Assembly (NCBI GenBank): GCA_003233175.1
Contig: QIKY01000054.1
Coordinates: 296-64,295 of the forward strand
Reading direction: 5' to 3'
From: Planctomycetaceae bacterium
GTDB lineage: Bacteria > Planctomycetota > Planctomycetia > Pirellulales > Pirellulaceae
Length of the DNA: 64,000 bases
Below the pieces are notes generated by a model. That model saw only the letters and a list, made by a program, of their open reading frames with translations, was not told the origin of the DNA and made no database searches. Position 1 is the first letter of the stretch, and the number at the start of each line of letters is the position of its first letter. Shown here in pieces: positions 27,863 through 36,091 of this stretch. Both the position numbers and the translations under genes were made by a program.

Positions 27863-29362
27863 TCAGGGGCCCTTGGCCCGCACTTCGCCTCCTCCTCGCT
27901 GCTCACGTTTTTTTCGCCGTATTTCGCGCTCCCGCAGTTTCTTGGCCTTCGCTCGGTCTTTGGCGGAAAGACGTTTGCCGGAGCCCTGCTTCGTTTTTGT
28001 CATACGGGCGCCGGGGTCGAGCATTCCGCTATTTTGCATTTGTTGGGCCATTCGCATGCGATCGCCCATGCCCTTGCCGGCGAACTGCTTCATGACGCCC
28101 GACATTTGATCAAACTGCTTGAGCAGTCCTGAAACATCATGCCCGGCCACGCCGGCGCCCTTGGCGATGCGATGCCGACGGCTAGGATCGATCAACTTCG
28201 GGTTGCTTCGCTCTTGAGGCGTCATCGAATCGATCACACCCATCAGCCGCTTCATGGCCGATTCGGTGTCTTCGCCCTGCATGGCCTCGGTCAGACCGCC
28301 CATGCCGGGCATCAGGCCGATCATTTTCTGCATCAGGCCGGGCTGCGCGATTTGCTGGAGCTGGTCGCGAAACTGGGCCAGGGTGAACTGGCCCTTGGCG
28401 AGATCTTCTTCGAGTTGCCTTTGTTTTTCCTCGTCGAATTTTTGCTTCGCGATATCGACCAAGGCCATGACATCGCCCTGGCCGAGAATTCGGCCCGCCA
28501 TGCCCTCAGGACGAAAAACCTCCAGGGCGTCGAGGTGTTCACCGGTGCCGATAAATTTCACCGGCACGCCGGTGACGTGTTTGACCGAGAGCAGGGCGCC
28601 GCCGCGAGCGTCGCCATCGAGCTTGGTCATGATCACGCCGTCGAGCTCCAACGCTTTGTTGAAGGCGTCGGCGCTGAGGACGGCGTCTTGCCCCGTCATG
28701 CCGTCAACCACCAGATAGGCTTGATCGGGTGAGACGCGCTGGTCGATGCGGCGCAGTTCGTCCATCAACTCTTCGTCGATGGCGAGCCGGCCGGCGGTAT
28801 CGAGCACGACCACGTTCACGCCTTCACTGCGAGCCTTGGCCACCGCATTGCGGCACACCTTGACTGGGTCTTTCGCGCCCGGTTCGCTGTAAACCGGCAC
28901 GCCCACCTGCTCGCCAATCACGTGCAACTGTTCAATCGCGGCGGGGCGTTGCAAGTCGGCGGCGACCAACATCGGCTTTTTATTCTCATGCAACAGCAGT
29001 TGGGCCAGCTTGCCGCAGGTGGTCGTTTTACCCGCCCCTTGCAGGCCGCAAAGCATCAGCACGGTGACGTCCGATTTGAGATGCAGCGAGTTGTCGACCG
29101 GGCCCAGCAGCGCAATCAGCTCTTGATGCACGATTCCCAGCAAATGTTCGCTGGGATTGAGCGCAAGCAGCACTTTTTCGCCCAGCGCCTGCTCGCGCAC
29201 CCGGACCATGAAATCTTGAACGACCGAGTAGCTGACGTCGGCCTCTAGCAGCGACTCCTCCACCAACTGCAAGCCATCGCGCATATTGGCTTCGGTAAGC
29301 TTGCCTTTCCCTTGCAAGCTCTTAAACGCCGACTGCAAACCGGTTTGGAGCGACTCAAACAT
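27863..29362 (-). CDS. ffh: Signal recognition particle protein Ffh
   Basis: N domain, G domain (GLQGAGKTTTCGKLA, DTAGR, TKLDGDARGG) and Met-rich M domain, followed by a basic C-terminal tail. Confidence 0.95.
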   Translation of the reverse strand: MFESLQTGLQSAFKSLQGKGKLTEANMRDGLQLVEESLLEADVSYSVVQDFMVRVREQALGEKVLLALNPSEHLLGIVHQELIALLGPVDNSLHLKSDVTVLMLCGLQGAGKTTTCGKLAQLLLHENKKPMLVAADLQRPAAIEQLHVIGEQVGVPVYSEPGAKDPVKVCRNAVAKARSEGVNVVVLDTAGRLAIDEELMDELRRIDQRVSPDQAYLVVDGMTGQDAVLSADAFNKALELDGVIMTKLDGDARGGALLSVKHVTGVPVKFIGTGEHLDALEVFRPEGMAGRILGQGDVMALVDIAKQKFDEEKQRQLEEDLAKGQFTLAQFRDQLQQIAQPGLMQKMIGLMPGMGGLTEAMQGEDTESAMKRLMGVIDSMTPQERSNPKLIDPSRRHRIAKGAGVAGHDVSGLLKQFDQMSGVMKQFAGKGMGDRMRMAQQMQNSGMLDPGARMTKTKQGSGKRLSAKDRAKAKKLREREIRRKKREQRGGGEVRAKGP

Positions 29363-29566
29363 AAATCAAAATAGGCCTAATCAACCGGCGACGCATCAGC
29401 GCCTGCCTCAACCCTCCGTAAAAGATAAACGCGGAGAATCCACGAGTATACGGGATCGGGCCCTATCTTGTAAATGCGTGGTGAGGCGCGAGTTGTGTTG
29501 GCGGGGCTGCGCTCAGGCCTGTCATTTTATACATTAAGGAGCCGTCCCGAATTTACCTACCGAATT

Positions 29567-29599
29567 AAAAGCCCGGCATTTTGAAAATGCCGGGATTTT
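29567..29599. repeat. Hairpin repeat family A copy
   Basis: aaaagcccggcattttgaaaatgccgggatttt, with conserved flanks ccgaatt / ctgaacgacaaccggta. Confidence 0.75.
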
Positions 29600-29646
29600 C
29601 TGAACGACAACCGGTAACTTTTTTCAGGACTATTCCTTATGCGGGA

Positions 29647-32600
29647 CTAGCTCAGTTGTTTGGGCGCAGCGGCGTCGGTGAGCAAATCGGGGCGAATTTC
29701 TCGCATCGACTTGGCGAGTAAATCGATCGCGTATCGAATTTGCTCTTCGCTATGCTTACAGGTAATGAAGAAACGCAGCCGCGCCGCGCTCTCCTCCACT
29801 GCGGGATGCAGAATCGGCTGGACATTGACCCCATTCTCGAACATCGCCCGGGAGAGCCGCAGCGCCGCCAGGGAATCTCCTAAAATGATGGGAACCACCG
29901 GGGTGCCGGAACTGAAACCGGTATTTAAGCCCTTGGCCCGCGCCTGCGCGACAAAAAACGCCGATCGCTCCTGTAAGCGAGCCACGCGCTGCGGTTCTTC
30001 CTCCAGCAAGCGTAAAGCGGCCAAGCCGGCGGCGGCGTTCGGCGGCGACAAACCTCCGCTAAAAACGAAACTCGGCGCCGTGTACTTGAGGTACTCGATC
30101 AACGCATTGCAGCCGGCAATATAGCCGCCGCAACTGCCCAGGGCCTTGCTGATCGTGCCCATCCAGATCTCGACGCTGGCCGGATCGATATGAAAGTATT
30201 CACTGAGGCCTCTGCCATGCGCGCCCATGGTTCCCACCGAATGGGCTTCGTCCACCATGAGCATGGCCTTGTAACGATCTTTCAATTCCACGAAACGCGG
30301 CAGATTGGGGAAGTCGCCGTCCATGCTGTAGACGCCTTCAATCGCGATCAGCACGCGGCGGTATTTCCCTCGTAGTTCCGCCAGCAGTTTCTCCAGCGTT
30401 TGAAAGTCGTTGTGTGGGAACGGACGGCGGCGGGCGCCCGACAAAATCGAACCTTGCACAATGCTGTTATGCGCCAGCGCATCGTGCAAGATGAGATCGC
30501 CAGGACCGAACAGGTGGCCGATCACCGTTTCGTTCGTCGAGTGGCCGCTGTTAAACACAATGGCGCTCTGCGTGCCCAAAAACTTGGCAATCGCCCGCTC
30601 TAACTCGCCATGCACCGGCTTTTCGCCGGAAACCAAACGGCTGGCCGATACGCTGGCGCCATATTTTTGGGTTGCGTCTTGAGCGGCTTGTATCACGCGA
30701 GGGTCGCCCGACATGCCAATATAATTGTAGCTGGCGAAGCTAATCAATTCCCGGCCGCCGATCTGGGTGGTGTCGGCGGTTATGCCTTCATGGACGGTAA
30801 AATACGGGTTCTCCACGCCGGTCGACAACAGCAGCGCTTTCGTAGCCTGCAGTTGCTGGTGCTCCGGCATTTTTTCAAACCGATACCACTCTTCAGTGAT
30901 TTCTTCGAGCGGGGTGCTCTCGGTCGGCTGCGGAATGACGCCCAAGTGCTTCTCGACGGCAATTGCAACTTCGCCGCAGGTTTCAATGGTGGGCAACACT
31001 TCGGCCGGAATCCGACCGCCGTAAATGTCTTCGATGCAAGAGATGATTTCCAAACGCTCCAGCGAGTCGAGCCCCAGTTCGACAACGTTGGAGTCGATCG
31101 TGAGGTTCTTGGCCCGCTCCTTGGCGATGGTGCGAACGGCGTCCAGCACGACTTGCAACACCGCCGGGTTCACTCCCGATTCAGCGGCTGCAGCGGCGGC
31201 GCGCTCTGTATTGTGGGTCGGCATGGCTTCCCTTTCCGTGGTTTCCCAGGCGGACCAAGAGGCCACCTCTTTTAACGCGCCTTCGAGGAACGCCTGACGG
31301 CAGCCGTGGCGTTGGATCTTGCCACTGGATGTTTTGGGAATCGATCCCAATCGGACCAACACCACCGCTTCGGGCGGCAGTTCGTGTTCGTTCGCCACAT
31401 TGAGCCGAATGGTTTCGATGGCGTTGGTCCAATCTTTGCTGCGCGTGCGTTCCACTTCACTGACGATGATCAATCGTTCTTGACCATCTTTTTCGATGGA
31501 GAACGCCGCGGCGCCGTCTGCCGCTAGGCGGGAGTCGCAACCTTGCACGGTGTGTTCGATATCTTGCGGGTAGCGGTTGACGCCACGCACAATGATCATG
31601 TCTTTCAGACGCCCCGTGACGAACAATTCTCCGTCGTGCAGGAAGCCGAGGTCGCCGGTTCTCAGAAAAAATCGCTCCGGTTCACCCGCGATTCCTGCGT
31701 GAAAAACGTTTTCCGTGGCCTCTTTATTGTTGAAGTACCCCACGCCAACACTAGGGCTGTTAATCCAGATTTCGCCAATTTTGTCGGCCGGCAAACGTTC
31801 ATGCGTGTCGGGATCCACGGTCGCGACCTCCTCGCCAGGCAGCACGCGTCCGCAGCCTGTCAGACAACGCGCGCCGGGCGCGTCGCAGGCTGTCGCGACG
31901 ACCCGCCTTTTGTCGAGTTGTCTACCATCAAACGATTGCAGCACGGGCCGCGCCCCTTTGTAGCCTCCGGTGACCAGCAAGGTGGTTTCCGCCATGCCGT
32001 AGCAGGGGTAGCAGGCCTCGGGTCGAAATCCAACGCATTCAAATTTGCGAGTGAATTTCTCCAGCGTTTCCGGGCGAACCGGCTCGGCGCCACAGAAAGC
32101 CACTTCCCAACTGCTGAGATCGAGCCCTTGCATCTCTTCCGCGGAAATTTTTTCCACGCACCGCTCATAGGCGAAATTCGGCCCGCCGCTGATCGTGACC
32201 CGATACTTGCTAATGGCTCGCAGCCAGCGCACAGGTCGCTGCAAAAAAGCCAACGGCGACATCAACACGCTGGGGCGGCCATAAAAGAGCGGGTTCAAGA
32301 TGCCGCCCACGAGCCCCATGTCATGGTACGCCGGCAGCCAAGACATGCCCACGCCGTTCCGAGTAAACTCGAAAGCGTGTGTGATCATGGCGCAGTTTTC
32401 CATCAGGTTGGAGTGCGTTAGCATGACGCCCTTGGGGTTTCCCGTGGAACCCGAGGTATATTGCAAAACGGCCAGGGATTTTTCATGCAATTCCGGCGCG
32501 AGCCACGCATCCGACTCGTCGGAATCGATCAGGTCGGTGGCGATCCAGGGCAGTTCGCGCAAAGCAGGCGAGTCTTGCACGATAGCGCCGGCGCGATCCT

Positions 32601-33009
32601 TGACATCTTGCACGGTGAGCGCCGCCTTGGAGGAGGCAGCGGCGGCAATCAGTTCGATCCGCTCCATATTGCGATTACGCCTGGGCGGGAAAGCGGGCAC
32701 CGCCACAGCGCCGGCATACAGGCAGCCAAAAAAAGCCTCCACGAATTCAAGCCCCGGAGGATACAGCAGCAGCAGCCGTTCGCCCGCCAAACCTTGGTCG
32801 ACCAGGTGAGCCGCGATGGCTCTCGCCCGCCGATCAAGCTCCCGATAATTCAACCCGACTTCGTTTTCGTCGCCGTCCGACAGATAATAAAATGCCGGGT
32901 TGTCGGGTTGTTCGGCGCTCCAATACCGGAGTTGCCCCACCAAGTTGGTCAGAGGAGGATGAAAAGGGAGAAAGTCGTCTTTCAAACTCAGCTTGCTTTT
33001 TTGGATCAT
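29647..33009 (-). CDS. Tri-domain fatty acyl-AMP ligase / acyl carrier protein / alpha-oxoamine synthase (PLP) fusion
   Basis: Adenylation motifs YTSGSTGNPKGV, GDLGF and PKTSSGKIQR. Carrier motif LGLDSLERLEI. AOS motifs MVDEAHSVG and GTISKALGSCGGY (PLP lysine). I chose the start at MIQKSKLSL (33009); the ORF track starts at 33051. Confidence 0.85.
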   Translation of the reverse strand: MIQKSKLSLKDDFLPFHPPLTNLVGQLRYWSAEQPDNPAFYYLSDGDENEVGLNYRELDRRARAIAAHLVDQGLAGERLLLLYPPGLEFVEAFFGCLYAGAVAVPAFPPRRNRNMERIELIAAAASSKAALTVQDVKDRAGAIVQDSPALRELPWIATDLIDSDESDAWLAPELHEKSLAVLQYTSGSTGNPKGVMLTHSNLMENCAMITHAFEFTRNGVGMSWLPAYHDMGLVGGILNPLFYGRPSVLMSPLAFLQRPVRWLRAISKYRVTISGGPNFAYERCVEKISAEEMQGLDLSSWEVAFCGAEPVRPETLEKFTRKFECVGFRPEACYPCYGMAETTLLVTGGYKGARPVLQSFDGRQLDKRRVVATACDAPGARCLTGCGRVLPGEEVATVDPDTHERLPADKIGEIWINSPSVGVGYFNNKEATENVFHAGIAGEPERFFLRTGDLGFLHDGELFVTGRLKDMIIVRGVNRYPQDIEHTVQGCDSRLAADGAAAFSIEKDGQERLIIVSEVERTRSKDWTNAIETIRLNVANEHELPPEAVVLVRLGSIPKTSSGKIQRHGCRQAFLEGALKEVASWSAWETTEREAMPTHNTERAAAAAAESGVNPAVLQVVLDAVRTIAKERAKNLTIDSNVVELGLDSLERLEIISCIEDIYGGRIPAEVLPTIETCGEVAIAVEKHLGVIPQPTESTPLEEITEEWYRFEKMPEHQQLQATKALLLSTGVENPYFTVHEGITADTTQIGGRELISFASYNYIGMSGDPRVIQAAQDATQKYGASVSASRLVSGEKPVHGELERAIAKFLGTQSAIVFNSGHSTNETVIGHLFGPGDLILHDALAHNSIVQGSILSGARRRPFPHNDFQTLEKLLAELRGKYRRVLIAIEGVYSMDGDFPNLPRFVELKDRYKAMLMVDEAHSVGTMGAHGRGLSEYFHIDPASVEIWMGTISKALGSCGGYIAGCNALIEYLKYTAPSFVFSGGLSPPNAAAGLAALRLLEEEPQRVARLQERSAFFVAQARAKGLNTGFSSGTPVVPIILGDSLAALRLSRAMFENGVNVQPILHPAVEESAARLRFFITCKHSEEQIRYAIDLLAKSMREIRPDLLTDAAAPKQLS

Positions 33010-33115
33010 GTTATGTCCGTCAACGGTAGGACCACGCTTCGTACGACTCACTCAAACATCGTTACGTTTTTCACTAGGAAAGCGCGGAACAATGAGTTCC
33101 TGAAACGGCGTTCGA

Positions 33116-33147
33116 GAAGCCCGGCTTTTTCACAAGGCCGGGCTTCT
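33116..33147. repeat. Hairpin repeat family B copy
   Basis: agaagcccggctttttcacaaggccgggcttct. Confidence 0.65.
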
Positions 33148-33561
33148 GAATCGGGAGGTAGCTTTTGCACGCTTTCTAAATAGGCGACCTTGGAAGCCGA
33201 GCCCAGGCCGAATTGGCCGCCCGCCCGCCGCCTGTGGTACAGTCTTCTTATTAATAAGGTTTCGACTATCCGAGCCAAGACACCGGCACTGTTGACGTAA
33301 CGACGCAAATCCCCTTCAACCGACCGCAAGCATAACATATTACCTAATTTAACACATTCGCCCCTCCGCAGAAGTACGGCAAATGTCTTGATGCCGCCAA
33401 TTTGGTGAAATGGGCGTAATAGAGAATCTATTCCACGATTTTAAGGGTTTGCGAGGGGGCTCCGCCAGTCCTGATGCGTCCCAGAATTCTCAACTTTTCT
33501 GCGGCGCATCATTCAGACAGGCCGCTTTTTCACGACGTACAGCCCCTAGCCCGACTCCTCC

Positions 33562-34284
33562 ATGCCGCACTTTTTTCCCACGGACGAAATCATTTACGAC
33601 GATCCTGGCGATTGTCCGTATCTGCCGGAACGCATTTGCCGCCTGCCGTTGCGGATGGTGCGGGCGCCGATTTCGCCCGCGCAGTGGGACCAGCGGCTGG
33701 AAATCGGCATGAGACGCTGCGGCGTTTTCTTGTATGTTCCCACGTGTCCTCAATGCAGTGCCTGCGAAGCTTTGAGGATCGACGTCGAGAAATTCCAGCC
33801 CAATCGATCGCAACGACGCGTGAAGCGCCGCAACGACCAAGCCATTCAAATCAGCATACAAACGCCCTTGGTCGACGAAACACGCGTCCGACTATTCAAT
33901 GAACACCGTCGCGTTCAAAACCTGTTGGGCGTCGCCGACGCCGACGATATCAACGCATCTGGGTATCATCATTTTCTCGTGGAAAGTTGCTGCGCCACGT
34001 TGGAGTTCGCGTTTCATCGGGCGGACGCCTTAGCGGCGGTTTCGATTCTCGACGTCGGCGCCGACTCGGCGTCGGCGGTTTATTGTTTTTATGGCGCCGA
34101 TTTTCGCCGCTGGAGTTTGGGCGTGTATTCGGTGCTCGCGCAGATCGAATACTGCCGCCAACAGGGGATTCGATATTTGTACTTGGGGTTTTATATAGCC
34201 GGGTCGGCGCACATGGTCTACAAAGCCAACTATCTGCCGCATGAGCGCTTGATCGACGGGCGGTGGGTGCTGTTCGACGCCTGA
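33562..34284 (+). CDS. bpt: Arginyl/leucyl-tRNA--protein transferase (Ate/Bpt family, N-end rule)
   Basis: CPYLPERICRLPL, RRCGVFLYVPTCPQCSACEALRI and QRRVKRRND, plus a C-terminal YLYLGFYI block. Length 240 aa. Confidence 0.8.
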   Translation: MPHFFPTDEIIYDDPGDCPYLPERICRLPLRMVRAPISPAQWDQRLEIGMRRCGVFLYVPTCPQCSACEALRIDVEKFQPNRSQRRVKRRNDQAIQISIQTPLVDETRVRLFNEHRRVQNLLGVADADDINASGYHHFLVESCCATLEFAFHRADALAAVSILDVGADSASAVYCFYGADFRRWSLGVYSVLAQIEYCRQQGIRYLYLGFYIAGSAHMVYKANYLPHERLIDGRWVLFDA

Positions 34285-34292
34285 GATTATGT

Positions 34293-34377
34293 CCTTAGAA
34301 CTCCTAACATAACCCCTGTTTGGCGTTCCAAACACGGAGTTTGATGCTGACCCACCAAGTTGTGTTAGAAGGTATTA
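34293..34377 (+). repeat. 85-nt structured repeat, copy 2 (first copy at 7506-7590)
   Basis: Begins 9 nt after the stop at 34284. 80 of 85 positions are identical to copy 1. Confidence 0.8.
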
Positions 34378-34468
34378 GCGGCGCCAGTGGCGGGCGGGCG
34401 GCAGCTCCAAGTATACTGGAATATCGTGGTGCGCCGCCGAAAATGCGGCAACCAGCAGTTCACTTCCT

Positions 34469-34879
34469 TTGTTTGATAAGGCAAAACGCACGATGAGAAT
34501 AATGCTTCTGTTGTTGGTCAGCGCGTTGCTCGCGACGACTTCAAGCCTGCAAGCCGCCGATCACACCACCGACACCCTCGAAACGGTCAAAAAAAACCTG
34601 GCCGCGAAAAAGGCGGTCTTGCTCGACGTGCGAGAAAAAAACGAATGGGAGCAAGGGCATCTCACCCAAGCAAGGCTGGTTCCGTTGAGCGAACTTGCCG
34701 CCGGCAAGAAGTCGTTCAAGCTCCCCAAGGATAAAATTCTCTACCTCCATTGCCGCTCTGGGGGCCGTGCGTTGCCCGCCGCCGACATTCTGCAAGATCT
34801 GGGTTACGACGCCCGACCGCTGCGATTCGGCTTCAAGGCGCTGGTCGAAAAAGGATTCCAACCCGCGAAAAAGAAATAG
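34469..34879 (+). CDS. Secreted rhodanese-domain sulfurtransferase
   Basis: Signal peptide (MRIMLLLLVSALLATTSSLQA). Rhodanese active-site loop HCRSGGRA. LLDVREKNEWEQGHL. Confidence 0.8.
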   Translation: MFDKAKRTMRIMLLLLVSALLATTSSLQAADHTTDTLETVKKNLAAKKAVLLDVREKNEWEQGHLTQARLVPLSELAAGKKSFKLPKDKILYLHCRSGGRALPAADILQDLGYDARPLRFGFKALVEKGFQPAKKK

Positions 34880-34987
34880 ACTGGTGAGCGTTCCTTAGTT
34901 CCTGTCCAAATACTATTCCGTGTTTTTAAGATGCGGGATAAGGCCGAAAGGGCGGGCGTCTTTGATTTTATATCCTGGAAGGATAAA

Positions 34988-35364
34988 AGCCATTAGCCGG
35001 TGGTCGAGCGCAGCGAACACCACCGGAGGATCGAAACGCTGAAACACCTCATCCCGGCGGGATGCCAGTCGCCGTTGGAATGTACGCTTTAGCGTGTTTT
35101 CGTCTCGGACGCACGCTAAAGCGTACACTCCAACGGTGGGCGGCAATGGGCGGCGCGAATGACAGCGTTGTAACGACAGCGTTGTAACGACAGCGTTGTA
35201 ACGACAGCGTTGTAACGACAGCGTTGTAACGACAGCGTTGTTTTGAGCATTGTTGTATCGAGGCGTTTCTCGCGCCCGCTGCATCTGGCATCCCGCTGGG
35301 ATGCCGCGTTTGTTGCGTTGGCCTTCCGGTGGTGTTCGCTGCGCTCGACCACCGGCTAATGGCT
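34988..35364. repeat. Composite palindromic element: 40-nt perfect inverted repeats flanking hairpins and a tandem array
   Basis: agccattagccggtggtcgagcgcagcgaacaccaccgga (34988-35027) is the exact reverse complement of 35325-35364. Each arm is followed on the inside by a catcccRgcgggatgccag hairpin. The centre holds the hairpin at 35083-35126 and the 14-bp array. Confidence 0.85.
35161..35241. repeat. Tandem repeat, 14-bp unit x about 5.8
   Basis: gacagcgttgtaac repeated perfectly five times, followed by a partial copy. Confidence 0.95.
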
Positions 35365-35437
35365 GGCAAGCCTCCGGCTTGGCGGAAATTTCATAATACC
35401 ATTGCACGGAATATATCTTGGACTGTTCCTTAACCGA

Positions 35438-35830
35438 CTACTTTATTTTCGCCATCAAGAACAGCCACGGCGCGACGCAAATCAGCGCGGCGCCGAAGGT
35501 CAGTTTGCGCGGAGGCGCCACGACGCGTACCCGCATCACGACGGCGCCCAGCGCCAAACCGACAATTCCCGTCACCAACGCGCTGAACAGCGACAGCAGC
35601 GGAAAGAAATGCCACAACGACTGTAGCCCCGCGTCAACCGGAGCGGCAAGCCACACCACGGCGCCGAGAACTCCCGCGCAGAGCGTCGCCAAGGTCGACA
35701 AAAGCCAGGCCACCGTGGTCACTTCCGCAGCCTGAGTTTCCTTACCAAGCGTTCCCTTGGCGGGGATTTGCTTTGATCGGGAAGGCTTTGACTTTTTTTG
35801 GGCGTGCTTCTTTTTTTTTCGTTTGGCCAC
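35438..35830 (-). CDS. Hypothetical multi-TM membrane protein with Lys-rich N-terminus
   Basis: MAKRKKKKHAQKKSKPSRSK followed by 3-4 hydrophobic helices. No family recognised. Confidence 0.5.
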   Translation of the reverse strand: MAKRKKKKHAQKKSKPSRSKQIPAKGTLGKETQAAEVTTVAWLLSTLATLCAGVLGAVVWLAAPVDAGLQSLWHFFPLLSLFSALVTGIVGLALGAVVMRVRVVAPPRKLTFGAALICVAPWLFLMAKIK

Positions 35831-36006
35831 GTCGCAAATCGTTTTCGATGCCGGCGGTGTCGGGAATACGTCACACGGTTGGAAACGCCGCCATTCTTCG
35901 TTTAACGAGCGATTGCCAACCGTGTGAAGTATATATTACCGCGAAGCGGTCGCCTTCCACAGCCCCGAACGCGGCGCATTCGCGCACCGTTGGGCGGCAA
36001 AGTTCA

Positions 36007-36038
36007 GAAGCCCGGCTTTTTCAAAAAGCCGGGCTTCT
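36007..36038. repeat. Hairpin repeat family B copy (near-perfect)
   Basis: agaagcccggctttttcaaaaagccgggcttct. Confidence 0.75.
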
Positions 36039-36091
36039 TTGGGCGCCCATTCGGGATGCACCCATTCGGGATGTAATTGTTCCACGCTTTC

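Noticed and set aside
29363-29646. SRP (4.5S) RNA or another ncRNA next to ffh
   Set aside because: I could not recognise the conserved SRP RNA helix-8 tetraloop and symmetric-loop motif. The region mainly contains a family-A hairpin repeat. A covariance-model search would be needed to exclude an ncRNA.
35161-35241. Possible CRISPR array
   Set aside because: The 14-bp units are directly adjacent with no spacers, which is far too short for CRISPR repeats, and there are no cas genes in the window. It is a plain microsatellite-like tandem repeat.
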